64,000 bases of DNA from a virus. Taxonomy: Duplodnaviria > Caudoviricetes. Within the stretch, counting starts at the first letter, position 1. Every line of letters starts with the position of its first letter. The stretch lies in the IMG/VR virus record IMGVR_UViG_3300037067_012588; one strand, written 5' to 3'. A program made the translations under genes and the position numbers. The notes below the pieces were generated by a model. The model ran no database searches. It worked only from the letters and a program-made list of their open reading frames with translations, and was not told the DNA's origin. This document shows, one piece after another, positions 44,484-59,773 of the stretch.

Positions 44484-47309
44484 CTACTGAAGTCCCCACT
44501 GGAACCGAAGCGATGAAATAAAACCTGTCCATTTTACATGAGCCGTCAAACGAACAACCATTGACTCACCACTTGCACAGAAAATTGTTCCGAGTGTGCC
44601 TTGGTTTTTTGTCCCGCCAGAACCAATAGATGAATTCAACGACCCAACCAAACATCCACCAGAACTTGTCGGCAAAAATGGAAGCCATGTCGTTCCAGAA
44701 TGGGCACTTGAACCAATCTGCTCTGGCATCTTTACCTCAACGAACAAATTATTATTTGACCCACCGTTTGCATCAAGCGAAGAAGCATCTGTAACCCAAG
44801 TGGCATCACCAGCCAATGTCATTGTGAAGTTTGACCAACTCCCTTGAGCATCATTGTATATCTTCCTGAAATAAAACAATGAAGTATCAGGGAGCGCCGA
44901 ATAGTTCGCATTCCCAACAGGAGTCACAGAAACCAAACTGAAGTCCCCGCCATATGGCATAGCATGAATTCCTGTAACACTTGGAGCAACAAGACACTCA
45001 TCATATTGAATCAAACACCTTGTATCCAAAGCATCTGCCATTCTGTGAATCATCGAATCAAATGATCCAAACCCAAGATCGTTGATTGAAGGCTGATCGG
45101 GGAAATCATCAAACCCAACACGATAATATTCACTTCTGAAATCTTCCTGAAGATATGTTGAAGCCGATGTCAAGTTGAATAACAAAATGTTGTCGGTTGA
45201 ATCCTCTGAAAGACTTGTTGCAGCCAACAAAGGATGCAAGCACCGAGGACGAACCGTTATTCTGTTGTTCAAAAGCTTTGAAACGTTCACAGTAACAAGC
45301 TGAGAAATCGAAACTGTATCGGACTCATCAGTCACAATATCGGGAAGCCCTAATGAAAAATTTGTTCCATTCGTGTTTGACGAATGAACAGCACCAGAGT
45401 TTGACGAGAATGTGTTTCGATACGCATTCGTAATCGTTGCGTTGAACGTCGATTGCCCACCTTGGAAATATTCAACACCAGTCAAATACTTAGACCCAAG
45501 ACCAGAAATTGTCTTCCCTTCTGGGGTCAATGTGAAATCGTGCGATGATAGTCCAATGTCGGTAGCATCAGTATCAACTACCCATTCTACAAAATTTGTC
45601 GTTGATTCTGTCAGTCCGATACGATGAACAATCTTAATCCAATTCCACCCACTACGCATTCCAGAAATACCAATCGTTGCTATTCCTGTTCTATATTTAA
45701 ATATTACAATAGGGTCTCCGTTCGGAAATTTGCATTCAATAGCATCCGAAACACTTATAGAATCCCCATTTCCATTCGAAACACTTATTGATCCCTCTGT
45801 TGACGAAAGGTCTAACTCTAAAACCTCGGTCACATCATCGTTAACAAAAAGAAGCAAAGAACCTTCTGTAGCCTTCCCAAATGAATATGCTGGAAAGCTC
45901 CCATTAGAATCTGCAGCAACTGTCCCAGCGAGCCTCAACGATATTGGAGTTCCTGCATTGAATATTCCAATACGGCGATTGTTTGCCGTGACTGTTCGAG
46001 CATACAACTCATTTCTATCGACAGCAGACAAATCACCAAGAGCGTCAACATTCGTATATCCAGATATGCCTCCACTCACACCAAACGATAATTTTCCATC
46101 GACTCCATTGTAATCAGAATGAATTGTTGTATCTGTCATAGACGTCAGTTGAGGCGCTTCTTTTGGAGCAATCGATTTCAAGACCTGATTAAATCTGTCA
46201 ACAACAACTCCAATTCTTGTGTCCTGTTCGAAGTCTTCAAAAAGACCATCATTATAAACAGTACCTGACTCAGGCGCACCAATTCCACCACCCAAAGCAC
46301 CCCAATATGAAACACTCGGAGGTTCTGTTGCGAGAGATGACGCAACAGACACATAAGCCACGCCATTATGATTTACAACATCTCCAATAGCATAAGATGT
46401 ACCAACATCCCAATCGCCACGAAAATTCCAGCCTCCAGAACTCCCGCCGCTTGTTCCAGCCCCACTTGTCAGAATTCCAGAAGTCTCATCAAGTTTGATA
46501 AACACAGGCACAGCCCGTGTTGGCTTCAACATCGTCAAACCACCAGATACAGAATCAGACAGATAAACATATCCGCCCACTGTACCAGTCGGCATTGATA
46601 TATTTGAAACCTTCACTCCGACAGGACGATAGGTAAATCTATCCCAACCAGAAGGTGTTGACTCTGGACTTCCACGAAGAATCGAGGTAACGACTCCAAT
46701 AACAACAGAAGAAGTCTCTGAGTTGGCCTGTGCCTTATGATATCCTGTCCCATCAAGATAAATCGCATCACCAACAGAAAACCCATGTCCTACCTGATCT
46801 ATCTCAATCTCATTGTTTCTCTTCGAATAAAGGAAACGAGAAAATATCTCTCCAATAAATCCTTCACGAATCGTTGATGGAAGTGACGGAATAGGAAAAA
46901 GAACGGGAAGACCATCTTGAACCTCAAACAACAAACCAGCTCCATCAGAAACTTGGCCAATACCCTGACCAGTTTGGTCATCTGCCTGAAATGTGTTTTC
47001 CCTGTCAATGTCTTCGAGAACACAAGTAAAAGATGACATATCCACGACATTCAAAGATACTATCTTCAAGAAACGTCCAAACGCCATCGTCGTCAGAACA
47101 TCTCCGACATTAACATCATAAGCGTTATATGAATATGGCTCTCTTGTCTGATGACTGCTGTGAGTCTGAGGTGAAGCGGTTACATTTGCATCCCAACGAA
47201 CAGGAAATCCAATCCATGGGTCTCCTGTCCCATCGTCGTAATTCCAAGAAGTGTTTGTACCTGTGATTGTCAGGTTTATCTGTAAAATCTTTGCTGGACG
47301 AAATGACAT
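44484..47309 (-). CDS. Virion fibre/baseplate-like protein with the shared PAKILQ N-terminal module and a CBM5/12-like motif
   Basis: N-terminal ~280 aa is paralogous to 50164..54897 and 54923..58225; WDVGTSYAIGDVVNHNGVAYVS motif; GGAGA SD. Confidence 0.7.
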   Translation of the reverse strand: MSFRPAKILQINLTITGTNTSWNYDDGTGDPWIGFPVRWDANVTASPQTHSSHQTREPYSYNAYDVNVGDVLTTMAFGRFLKIVSLNVVDMSSFTCVLEDIDRENTFQADDQTGQGIGQVSDGAGLLFEVQDGLPVLFPIPSLPSTIREGFIGEIFSRFLYSKRNNEIEIDQVGHGFSVGDAIYLDGTGYHKAQANSETSSVVIGVVTSILRGSPESTPSGWDRFTYRPVGVKVSNISMPTGTVGGYVYLSDSVSGGLTMLKPTRAVPVFIKLDETSGILTSGAGTSGGSSGGWNFRGDWDVGTSYAIGDVVNHNGVAYVSVASSLATEPPSVSYWGALGGGIGAPESGTVYNDGLFEDFEQDTRIGVVVDRFNQVLKSIAPKEAPQLTSMTDTTIHSDYNGVDGKLSFGVSGGISGYTNVDALGDLSAVDRNELYARTVTANNRRIGIFNAGTPISLRLAGTVAADSNGSFPAYSFGKATEGSLLLFVNDDVTEVLELDLSSTEGSISVSNGNGDSISVSDAIECKFPNGDPIVIFKYRTGIATIGISGMRSGWNWIKIVHRIGLTESTTNFVEWVVDTDATDIGLSSHDFTLTPEGKTISGLGSKYLTGVEYFQGGQSTFNATITNAYRNTFSSNSGAVHSSNTNGTNFSLGLPDIVTDESDTVSISQLVTVNVSKLLNNRITVRPRCLHPLLAATSLSEDSTDNILLFNLTSASTYLQEDFRSEYYRVGFDDFPDQPSINDLGFGSFDSMIHRMADALDTRCLIQYDECLVAPSVTGIHAMPYGGDFSLVSVTPVGNANYSALPDTSLFYFRKIYNDAQGSWSNFTMTLAGDATWVTDASSLDANGGSNNNLFVEVKMPEQIGSSAHSGTTWLPFLPTSSGGCLVGSLNSSIGSGGTKNQGTLGTIFCASGESMVVRLTAHVKWTGFISSLRFQWGLQ

Positions 47310-47387
47310 TGGAGATTCTCCGTTTCAACGACCATCAGAACCGACAGAGTCCACCAACGGCTCCCTATCATCCTGCGACAATCAGCT

Positions 47388-49541
47388 TTATATTGAATAT
47401 GACCAATCAGATGTATTGATGTAATTCTTGGAAAGCCAATCCAGTTCAGTTCTTGCGTTGTTCTCGGCATACCACCCATCACCCCAAAGCGAAGCAATTC
47501 TTTGGAAATATGCCTCATACATGTCTGTAACACGCTCGACACTATAATTCTCAGCCGACCACTTGCGACAATTTTCTGGTTTCAACTTGTCTGCATTTTT
47601 TGCCGCCCAAACAAATTCCTCAATCGTTCTGCATCGATAACCTGTTACTCCATGGAGAACAGTTTCCGTATTCCCCGTCAAAACAATGTTCCCACCCAAG
47701 CGAGCCGTCCAAGTATGGAGTTCCGTAGAAGGACACCAAACATCTTCAGTGCGGACTTCTCCTTTTTTCAAACGAGCAGGGGTAATAAAAGGATTGCAAA
47801 GGCTTACCACACAGTTTTTTGTTCCCTTGTAAACCCCATGAACATTTTTTGTTGGTCGGAACCCACATAAGTAAGCACACAACTCAATCGCATCACAAAT
47901 CGGACCAGCATTTTGCGAAATTTGAACCGTTGATCCTTTTGACGCCTTCCACCCTTCTGCGTTAATACAAGCCTGAAGAAAAGACAACCGAGCCTCCGAA
48001 GACAACCCCAAGACAAAGCCAAACAACCCACGAACATGAACCTCTGCTTTTGCAAACAATTCTCGAACAAAGCCCGGATCAATCTGAAACACTTTTTTCG
48101 GAAGACAGCTAGACGGAGCTTTCCCTTTCCTCTCAGAATGAGGGACGCCAGTCAAAACACTCCTGATTTCTTCAATCCCATCTTTCTTTGATTGATAAAT
48201 TTTCGCCTTACCAATCATTTCCGGGGAATCGACACCGTCAACAAAGTTGCGATGTTTTCCGTTAACCATCACAGTTTCAATTCCACCATCAGTCATCAGC
48301 CAACCGATCAAAGCAGCTTCTTTTGCCGAAACACCCAAGTCCCCACCTTGAGCGACAACAGAAGTCGTCATACTGTCACCAGAATTCAAACAGTTTTCAA
48401 TTGCATCCAGCCTCCCAACGAACCGTGGGTTCTTGGGATTGTGTATCTTGTGCCTCATCACCCATCGATGACCATCTGTCACACGAAACTTCCAATTCCT
48501 GTTCTTAAATTCTTGAGTCTTCTTGGACTTGAAGACATGAACGGCTGTAATCTTCGTCCATTTGTTCGTTCCAGACTCCTTATCGTACCCCAAAGTTTCA
48601 TCTTCTCCGACCTTCACTTGGCTGTAATCAAGCCAACCTCGCTTTGTTAGAATCTGAGTTTCAGTAGGAACACAGAAAGCTCCCCAATCAGATGTCAAAA
48701 CAGGAGTTCCACAAAGCTGAGCCTCAACAGCAACACCACCAAACGGTTCAATGTAATACGTCGGAGCAAAACAAAACTGCGCCCCACCCATCAATCGTGC
48801 TCGTTCTTCTGGTCCAACACAACCGACGTGTTCAACATGAGAAGATGTAATGTTCAATTTCTCGTTCGGATTCACCAAAGAACCCTGACCAGCGACAATC
48901 AGCTTCAAACCAAGACGCTTTGTCACCTCAACGGCAACATCCAAACCTTTCCGCTGAACAAGACGCCCAACAAACAAGGCGTAATCGCCCTTCTTCTTTT
49001 GAAATGGGAAAGATTCAAGATCAAAATAATTCGGAATTACCGAGTCATACCAAATGCCGTTCGTAATACTTCTCTTTCCATAAACCCAATGCATCCAAGC
49101 ATAGGATTCAAAAACCTTGAAGGAAGAAAATACTCCCTCGTATCCAATGCCTGACTCGACAGCCAACAATCCTGTTCCTTGAGCAATAGGTTGATGCCAA
49201 CAACCCATAGGACAAAGGAGAATATCGTTCTTCTCTTTCCGCTCATTGATAGCATTGATGGCATTCTTGTTGAACGCTGTGTAAGCAGCATCACCACCAT
49301 CGAGTTTAAAGAACTCCTTCTTCATATCGTATTCGCCATAACAGGCAACACGATCTTTTTCATCAAGCACTACAATTGACTCATCACAGTCAACCTCAGA
49401 CCCTTCAACCCCATAAAAGAAAACCTTGTGTCCTTTTGAACGCAACATCTTTCCAAGTCGAACAATCTTGTTCGTATAAGCACATTGAGAAAACTTCTTA
49501 TGTGTCGCAAGATGAGCCAATCCAAGTAAATGAAAACGCAT
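47388..49541 (-). CDS. GT4 family glycosyltransferase, intein-containing
   Basis: LFVGRLVQRKG, EPFGGVAVEAQLCGTPVLTSDWGAF|intein|TETVLHGVTGYRC; GGAGGAG SD. Confidence 0.9.
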   Translation of the reverse strand: MRFHLLGLAHLATHKKFSQCAYTNKIVRLGKMLRSKGHKVFFYGVEGSEVDCDESIVVLDEKDRVACYGEYDMKKEFFKLDGGDAAYTAFNKNAINAINERKEKNDILLCPMGCWHQPIAQGTGLLAVESGIGYEGVFSSFKVFESYAWMHWVYGKRSITNGIWYDSVIPNYFDLESFPFQKKKGDYALFVGRLVQRKGLDVAVEVTKRLGLKLIVAGQGSLVNPNEKLNITSSHVEHVGCVGPEERARLMGGAQFCFAPTYYIEPFGGVAVEAQLCGTPVLTSDWGAFCVPTETQILTKRGWLDYSQVKVGEDETLGYDKESGTNKWTKITAVHVFKSKKTQEFKNRNWKFRVTDGHRWVMRHKIHNPKNPRFVGRLDAIENCLNSGDSMTTSVVAQGGDLGVSAKEAALIGWLMTDGGIETVMVNGKHRNFVDGVDSPEMIGKAKIYQSKKDGIEEIRSVLTGVPHSERKGKAPSSCLPKKVFQIDPGFVRELFAKAEVHVRGLFGFVLGLSSEARLSFLQACINAEGWKASKGSTVQISQNAGPICDAIELCAYLCGFRPTKNVHGVYKGTKNCVVSLCNPFITPARLKKGEVRTEDVWCPSTELHTWTARLGGNIVLTGNTETVLHGVTGYRCRTIEEFVWAAKNADKLKPENCRKWSAENYSVERVTDMYEAYFQRIASLWGDGWYAENNARTELDWLSKNYINTSDWSYSI
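47670..48674 (-). mobile_element. Intein (335 aa) with LAGLIDADG homing endonuclease
   Basis: Block A CVPTETQILTKRGW, block B VTDGHRW, LIGWLMTDG and FLQACINAEG, block F VWCPST, block G IVLTGN, +1 Thr. Confidence 0.9.
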
Positions 49542-49588
49542 GTTACTCCTCCATCATAGTGTCCAAAAAGGAAAACCAATTATACATC

Positions 49589-50161
49589 TCAAGTGCGGGT
49601 ATCGGTAAATTCTGCAAACCAAGTTCTCTTCTCCTCATCAGTCATGGTTGTTGAATCATACACATCCATGATGCTTGCTCGAAGAGCAACCCCAGAATCA
49701 AGACGACCCTTAACCGTTACCGCATACGCAACAATGAATCCATTAAACGCAGACTCATCCGTAAGAACATATCCAAGCTCCGATGCCGTCGAAACCGTTT
49801 GTGGAAATGTCAGCATCCCAGACACCTTCAACAACTGCATTCTTGTCCAATTTCCCTGCGCTGCATCCGAAAGACTGAACAACGTTGAATTGTATGTAAA
49901 GCCAAGATAAATCAACGTCCTCGTCTTCATATCGACATTGAATATCAAACGGTTTTTTATCGACACAAGATCTTCAACAAAAGGTGTCGGAGGAACAGGT
50001 GGAACATATGGAATCTCTATTGGAGAATTCCCCAAAGAAATCCACTCAAGATACAAATCCTGATTTTGATCAACAACTTGTTCTCTTCCATCTGGATACA
50101 CATAGACAATTTCAAAGTTTCCCTCTGCGTCTGTGTAAACCTTGTTATAGCTTCCATCCAT
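49589..50161 (-). CDS. Putative fibre assembly chaperone (DUF4376-like C-terminal half)
   Basis: Immediately follows the longest collagen gene. YLEWISLGNSP and GFTYNSTLFSLSDAAQGNW patterns. Confidence 0.55.
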   Translation of the reverse strand: MDGSYNKVYTDAEGNFEIVYVYPDGREQVVDQNQDLYLEWISLGNSPIEIPYVPPVPPTPFVEDLVSIKNRLIFNVDMKTRTLIYLGFTYNSTLFSLSDAAQGNWTRMQLLKVSGMLTFPQTVSTASELGYVLTDESAFNGFIVAYAVTVKGRLDSGVALRASIMDVYDSTTMTDEEKRTWFAEFTDTRT

Positions 50162-50163
50162 GA

Positions 50164-54897
<4,734 letters not shown>

Positions 54898-54922
54898 AAC
54901 TATTTTCTCCTCTCGGAATTAT

Positions 54923-57900
54923 TTAAAACAGAAGAGTGACTCGACAATTCAAACCTGATCCTGTTCCCGTGATAGATGGAGCCAAATCAAGAATCATTTC
55001 TGGACCAGGAACACCTCCAGCCGTTGTTGCCGATGACATGACAACTGTTGACGGATAACGATAACGCCATGTTGTCGCCGTTGCCTGACCACAGAAGATA
55101 ACTCCACGACATGGCTTACCCATCGTATGGGTAATTGTGATGGCTGTCGTGCTTGGTGTACCAGCCACATACGTCCAATCCGCAGGGAAATCTACAGGAG
55201 GTGTTGCTCCAGGATTTGTTCCTGAGAATGCAACGGTGAACGTCACATCCTTCAAGTTCGTATCACCAATAAGAACAACACCAGTTGTTGAACTCGTTGC
55301 CACCAAAATCTGTTTGGCAAAGTTCTGTGGCTCAGTCGCAACAAGAGCACCAGCCGATGTATCAGACAACCAATACAAACCTCCAGCCGTCAATCCTGTC
55401 AAACCTGAAATCTTTCCACGATAAACAATCGTGAAATCATCACCTGCAACATTCGAAACAATACCAACAGCCCTTGAACCAATCAAAGCCGTCGGTCCAC
55501 CAGAACTTGCAGCGGCTGCAAGAGCCTTCACCCATGCTGTTCCGTCATAACGAATAACATCCCCAACAACTAATCCATGACCAGATTGAGTTATTGTCTC
55601 TGCAATCGTCTCACCACTTCCACTACCCCCAGAAGGACCTGTTGCACCCATTGGACCAGTAGCGCCCGTCTCGCCTGCTCCTGTAGCTCCTGTCTCACCA
55701 GCAGTACCTTCTGGCCCAGTAGCACCAGTAGCCCCATCTTCACCAGCAGGACCAGTCAAGCCCTGAATGCCTTGAATGCCTTGTGGGCCAGTCAAACCCT
55801 GTTCACCCTGCGGACCAGTCGCACCAGTAGCACCATCTGTACCATCTGCGCCATTTGCACCAACAGGCCCAGTAGCCCCTGTCTCGCCTGCTCCAGTTGC
55901 ACCAATAGGACCAGTCAAGCCCTGAATACCCTGTGGCCCAGTGGCCCCAGTCTCGCCTGCCCCTGTAGCCCCAATAGGACCAGTGGCCCCTGTTGCACCA
56001 ATTGCACCATCTGTCCCTGCAGGCCCAGTAGCACCTGTTTCACCTGCACCAGCAGGACCAGTTGCTCCTGTCGCACCATCAACACCCGCAACTCCATCTG
56101 CACCAGTAGCACCATCTGCACCCGCAGGCCCAGTCGGACCAGTTGCACCAACAGAAGGACGAGCCGCCAAAGCTTCGATTGCCGTTTGGACTGTCTTCGG
56201 AGTTCCTGCCAGCAAAGCGATGGTGTTATCAAACCCAACACCCTTCGCAATGGTCAGATAATTAGGAACCATGTTCCCAACAACCGTTCTTCCTGCATAA
56301 AGAAGCTGTGACATTGTTTCAGCATCAGCATAAACGTTTGTATTTCCAGAACCTGTTCCAATATTGATAATCGCTGATGTTGGAATCGCACAGTTCGTCA
56401 AACCAGAATAACTTGACCCATCAACCGATACGGCTGAGAATGTAATAGAACCAGTTGCTGTTCCACCAGCGGTCCTATCAAATCCACCCTGAATACGACT
56501 TGAATCAATTTCAAAAATAGTCGCAGTCGGTCCAATGATTGACTTCATTTGACAACTGTGAGCCTTAATACCAAAAGTGTCTCCAGACAAACCACCCATA
56601 TATCCATTCTCAATCGCAGAAGCATTTGCTTCAATAACAAGAGCACTTGTCGTTCCAGAAGCTTGCGGCAAATCCTTCGTCTTTGTCATACCATTGCGAA
56701 TGTTTGCATGGTCGATTGTGATATAACTGTTTCCAACACGAACCTGCCACTGCTCTGTTGGAGCTGAGTTGAAATGTTGATTTACAGCACCCATGATGAT
56801 AATACTATCTGCTGAAAACGCTGCTTCAACACCAGAACCTTCACCAATAATATCGAGAGTTGGAGAAGCATGATTTGCTCCATCCGACCACGGACGTGCT
56901 AGAAATGCGTGCATCGGATAACTTGGATGAACTTTGAAATCATCACCGTAAGGCAAATCAGCCGTATCAAAAATCCAGCGAACATTACCCATAATCCGAA
57001 CACCCGTTCCAAGAAGAGCAACACGGGCTCGACGAATGTTAATCAAAACATCATTCGGTTCAGTTTCTGTTCCTTCTTCCGTATATACACCAGGAGCAAG
57101 ATCGAGAACAATCTTCTCAGCACTCCATGTGTAAATACCTTCTTCTGTCGAAGGAGCAACAGGAATAGAAAGCATAGCAGCGTTGATGTTCTTGAATGGC
57201 TTCGACAATGTTCCATCAGCCGTCGCATCATCACCAATTGTCGAATTGACATGAATCGTACTATCCGAAACAACCGAACGATTCTTCAAAGACTCAAGAG
57301 CATCCTGAACATTGTTCGGACTTCCTGGCAACTGAGCTATCGTGTTGTCGAAGAAAGAATCCTTCGCAGTCAACGGACCCTTGGGTTTTCCTCCAACCCA
57401 AAGTCCACTCATATCACCCAACTTGATGAACAACGGCGCACTAACACCGTTAATCGGATCATCTGTACTCATTTCTCCAGCAACGGTTGACGACAGATAA
57501 ACATATGATCCAACATCACCAACAGGCATCGGAATAGAAAGAATTGGGGCAATCGGACGCATTCTGAATCGGTCTGGACCAGGAACTGTCGTTTCTGTCA
57601 CGATGCCAACAACCCTACCATTCCCAATCGTATCAGCCTGAGCCTTTACATAGCCAGAAGACGTAATACCAATTGCATCTCCAACAGAAAAACCATGTGC
57701 TACTTGGTCAACATAAACTTCATTGATTGCTTCTGATTTGAAAAACCGACAAACAACCTCACTGACAAATGTCAGAGCCATCGAAGCAGGAAGAGAAGGC
57801 AATGGGAAGATAACAGGAAGTCCATCTTTCATCTCAAAAAGGATGCCTGATCCTTCAGTAATAAATCCACTTCCCTGTCCAACTTGATCGTCAGCTTGGA

Positions 57901-58225
57901 AGGTATTCTCTCGATTGTAATCTTCAAGATCGAGTGTGAATGGTGAATATGGATCGGAAATCTCCCCTATCGCTGCAACCTTAAGAAACCTACCAAAGGC
58001 CATTGTTGTCAGAATATCACCAACCTTGATGTCGAGAGCGTTATAAACATACGGTTCTCTCGTCAAGTGACTACTATGAAGCTGCGCCGAAACAGACGCA
58101 GTAACACGCCACTTGACAGGAAATCCAATCCATGGATCTCCTGTACCGTCATCGTTCGTCCAAGTCTCCACAATCTCTGCGTTGGAAATTGTCAATTGAA
58201 GAATTTTTGCTGGAATATACGACAT
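54923..58225 (-). CDS. Collagen-like fibre protein (1100 aa)
   Basis: Same N-module and beta-helix-like domain as the 1577-aa protein; Gly-X-Y at ~55628-56149; C-terminal domain shared with 58304..59713. Confidence 0.85.
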   Translation of the reverse strand: MSYIPAKILQLTISNAEIVETWTNDDGTGDPWIGFPVKWRVTASVSAQLHSSHLTREPYVYNALDIKVGDILTTMAFGRFLKVAAIGEISDPYSPFTLDLEDYNRENTFQADDQVGQGSGFITEGSGILFEMKDGLPVIFPLPSLPASMALTFVSEVVCRFFKSEAINEVYVDQVAHGFSVGDAIGITSSGYVKAQADTIGNGRVVGIVTETTVPGPDRFRMRPIAPILSIPMPVGDVGSYVYLSSTVAGEMSTDDPINGVSAPLFIKLGDMSGLWVGGKPKGPLTAKDSFFDNTIAQLPGSPNNVQDALESLKNRSVVSDSTIHVNSTIGDDATADGTLSKPFKNINAAMLSIPVAPSTEEGIYTWSAEKIVLDLAPGVYTEEGTETEPNDVLINIRRARVALLGTGVRIMGNVRWIFDTADLPYGDDFKVHPSYPMHAFLARPWSDGANHASPTLDIIGEGSGVEAAFSADSIIIMGAVNQHFNSAPTEQWQVRVGNSYITIDHANIRNGMTKTKDLPQASGTTSALVIEANASAIENGYMGGLSGDTFGIKAHSCQMKSIIGPTATIFEIDSSRIQGGFDRTAGGTATGSITFSAVSVDGSSYSGLTNCAIPTSAIINIGTGSGNTNVYADAETMSQLLYAGRTVVGNMVPNYLTIAKGVGFDNTIALLAGTPKTVQTAIEALAARPSVGATGPTGPAGADGATGADGVAGVDGATGATGPAGAGETGATGPAGTDGAIGATGATGPIGATGAGETGATGPQGIQGLTGPIGATGAGETGATGPVGANGADGTDGATGATGPQGEQGLTGPQGIQGIQGLTGPAGEDGATGATGPEGTAGETGATGAGETGATGPMGATGPSGGSGSGETIAETITQSGHGLVVGDVIRYDGTAWVKALAAAASSGGPTALIGSRAVGIVSNVAGDDFTIVYRGKISGLTGLTAGGLYWLSDTSAGALVATEPQNFAKQILVATSSTTGVVLIGDTNLKDVTFTVAFSGTNPGATPPVDFPADWTYVAGTPSTTAITITHTMGKPCRGVIFCGQATATTWRYRYPSTVVMSSATTAGGVPGPEMILDLAPSITGTGSGLNCRVTLLF

Positions 58226-58261
58226 GGCAAGCTCCTTTCAGAAGCATAGAATTCAAAGGAA

Positions 58262-58289
58262 CTCGGAGGGTCAGTTTTGACCCTCCGAG
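58262..58289 (-). terminator. Intrinsic-terminator-like hairpin between fibre genes
   Basis: Perfect 12-bp stem CTCGGAGGGTCA/TGACCCTCCGAG with a 4-nt loop, followed on the minus strand by TTCCTTTG; 14 nt after the upstream stop. Confidence 0.65.
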
Positions 58290-58303
58290 CAGAGCCATAA
58301 CAC

Positions 58304-59713
58304 TTAGAACTGAACCAAGACCTTACAGATATTTCCCGAACCTGTTCCCGTGACCGAAGGAGCAACATCAACAGTGAATGATGTCGTGCTGATAACACCA
58401 GCAGAATCAGGAACGAAAGAAATTGCAACCGTTGTAGGAACACGAACATACCAACGGCCATTGGTAACACTCTGACCAAGGAAACTCACAAACTTCGGAT
58501 GAGTTCCCATCGTGTGAGTGAATGTAACAGAAGTCGAACTCGGCGTACCAACCGAATATCCCCAACCAGCAGGAAGATCAACAGGAGGTGTTGCGCCAGG
58601 AACAGCACCAGCAAACTGCACAGAAATTTCCGTAACACCACTTCCACCGCCACCAGAAGGACCTGTTGCACCCATTGGCCCAGTTGCACCCGTTTCACCA
58701 GCACCTGTGGCCCCAACAGGCCCAGTCGCACCAGAAGATCCAGCCGTACCAGCAGGACCAGTTGCACCATCTGCCCCAACAGGACCAGTTGCACCAGTAA
58801 CTCCTGCTCCTGTGGCTCCAACAGGCCCAGTAGCACCTGTAGCACCATCTGCGCCATTTGCGCCAACAGGCCCAGTGGCCCCTGTTTCACCTGCCCCAGT
58901 TGCACCAATAGGACCAGTCAATCCCTGAATGCCCTGTGGCCCAGTAGCACCCGTTTCACCCGCACCTGTAGCCCCAATCGGTCCAGTCAAACCTTGAATA
59001 CCCTGTGGCCCAGTTGCTCCTGTTTCACCCGCACCAGCAGGACCAGTAATACCTTGTTCACCCTGAATACCCTGCGGCCCAGTGGCTCCTGTTTCACCAG
59101 CACCTGTAGCCCCAATAGGCCCAGTCGCTCCCATCGCCCCATCTGCACCATTTGCACCTACAGGACCAGTTGCGCCAGTTTCACCTGCCCCTGTAGCCCC
59201 AATAGGCCCAGTGGCCCCTGTCGCACCAATAGCGCCATCTGCGCCCGCAGGCCCAGTAGCACCTGTAACACCTGCACCAGCAGGACCAGTTTCACCAATA
59301 GGGCCAGTAAAACCTTGAGCTCCATTTGTTCCAGACGGCCCAGTAAAACCTTGAATACCCTGAATACCGACAGGTCCCGTAACACCTGTTGCGCCATTTG
59401 TTCCAGCAGGCCCAGTCATACCCTGCGGACCAGTCGGCCCTGTCGCACCATCTCCACCTTCGCCACCCGTTCCTGTGTCACCAACTTCATTCTCGGAAAT
59501 TGTTCCTACGAGCGTGCAAAGCTGCTTCCACGAACCCGCACGGAAGTCACCAAGAACTGAACGACCATTCACTACGAGACGCTGAGAATTCTCAGACTCG
59601 TAAATGAAATGTCCAGCCTGAACACGAGCGATTTTTTCAAAATCAGCCTCTGGCTTCAGATAATTGATGATGTCCGACATCATAAACGCTTTGTTCGCTT
59701 GCCATTTCAACAT
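58304..59713 (-). CDS. Short collagen-like protein with segmented Gly-X-Y region
   Basis: ATG at 59713 follows GGAGGA; ~270 aa of GAT/GET/GPx repeats; C-terminal [12 protein letters not shown]...THTMG domain. Confidence 0.85.
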   Translation of the reverse strand: MLKWQANKAFMMSDIINYLKPEADFEKIARVQAGHFIYESENSQRLVVNGRSVLGDFRAGSWKQLCTLVGTISENEVGDTGTGGEGGDGATGPTGPQGMTGPAGTNGATGVTGPVGIQGIQGFTGPSGTNGAQGFTGPIGETGPAGAGVTGATGPAGADGAIGATGATGPIGATGAGETGATGPVGANGADGAMGATGPIGATGAGETGATGPQGIQGEQGITGPAGAGETGATGPQGIQGLTGPIGATGAGETGATGPQGIQGLTGPIGATGAGETGATGPVGANGADGATGATGPVGATGAGVTGATGPVGADGATGPAGTAGSSGATGPVGATGAGETGATGPMGATGPSGGGGSGVTEISVQFAGAVPGATPPVDLPAGWGYSVGTPSSTSVTFTHTMGTHPKFVSFLGQSVTNGRWYVRVPTTVAISFVPDSAGVISTTSFTVDVAPSVTGTGSGNICKVLVQF

Positions 59714-59773
59714 GAGATATTCCTCCATCCATTTCCAGAGGGCACTTTAACCCACCATCGCACCATTGCGATC

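Noticed and set aside
49579-49609. Sigma70-like promoter upstream of the GT4 gene (TATAAT on the minus strand)
   Set aside because: The best -35 candidate (TTTACC) is 19 nt away and weak; insufficient support.
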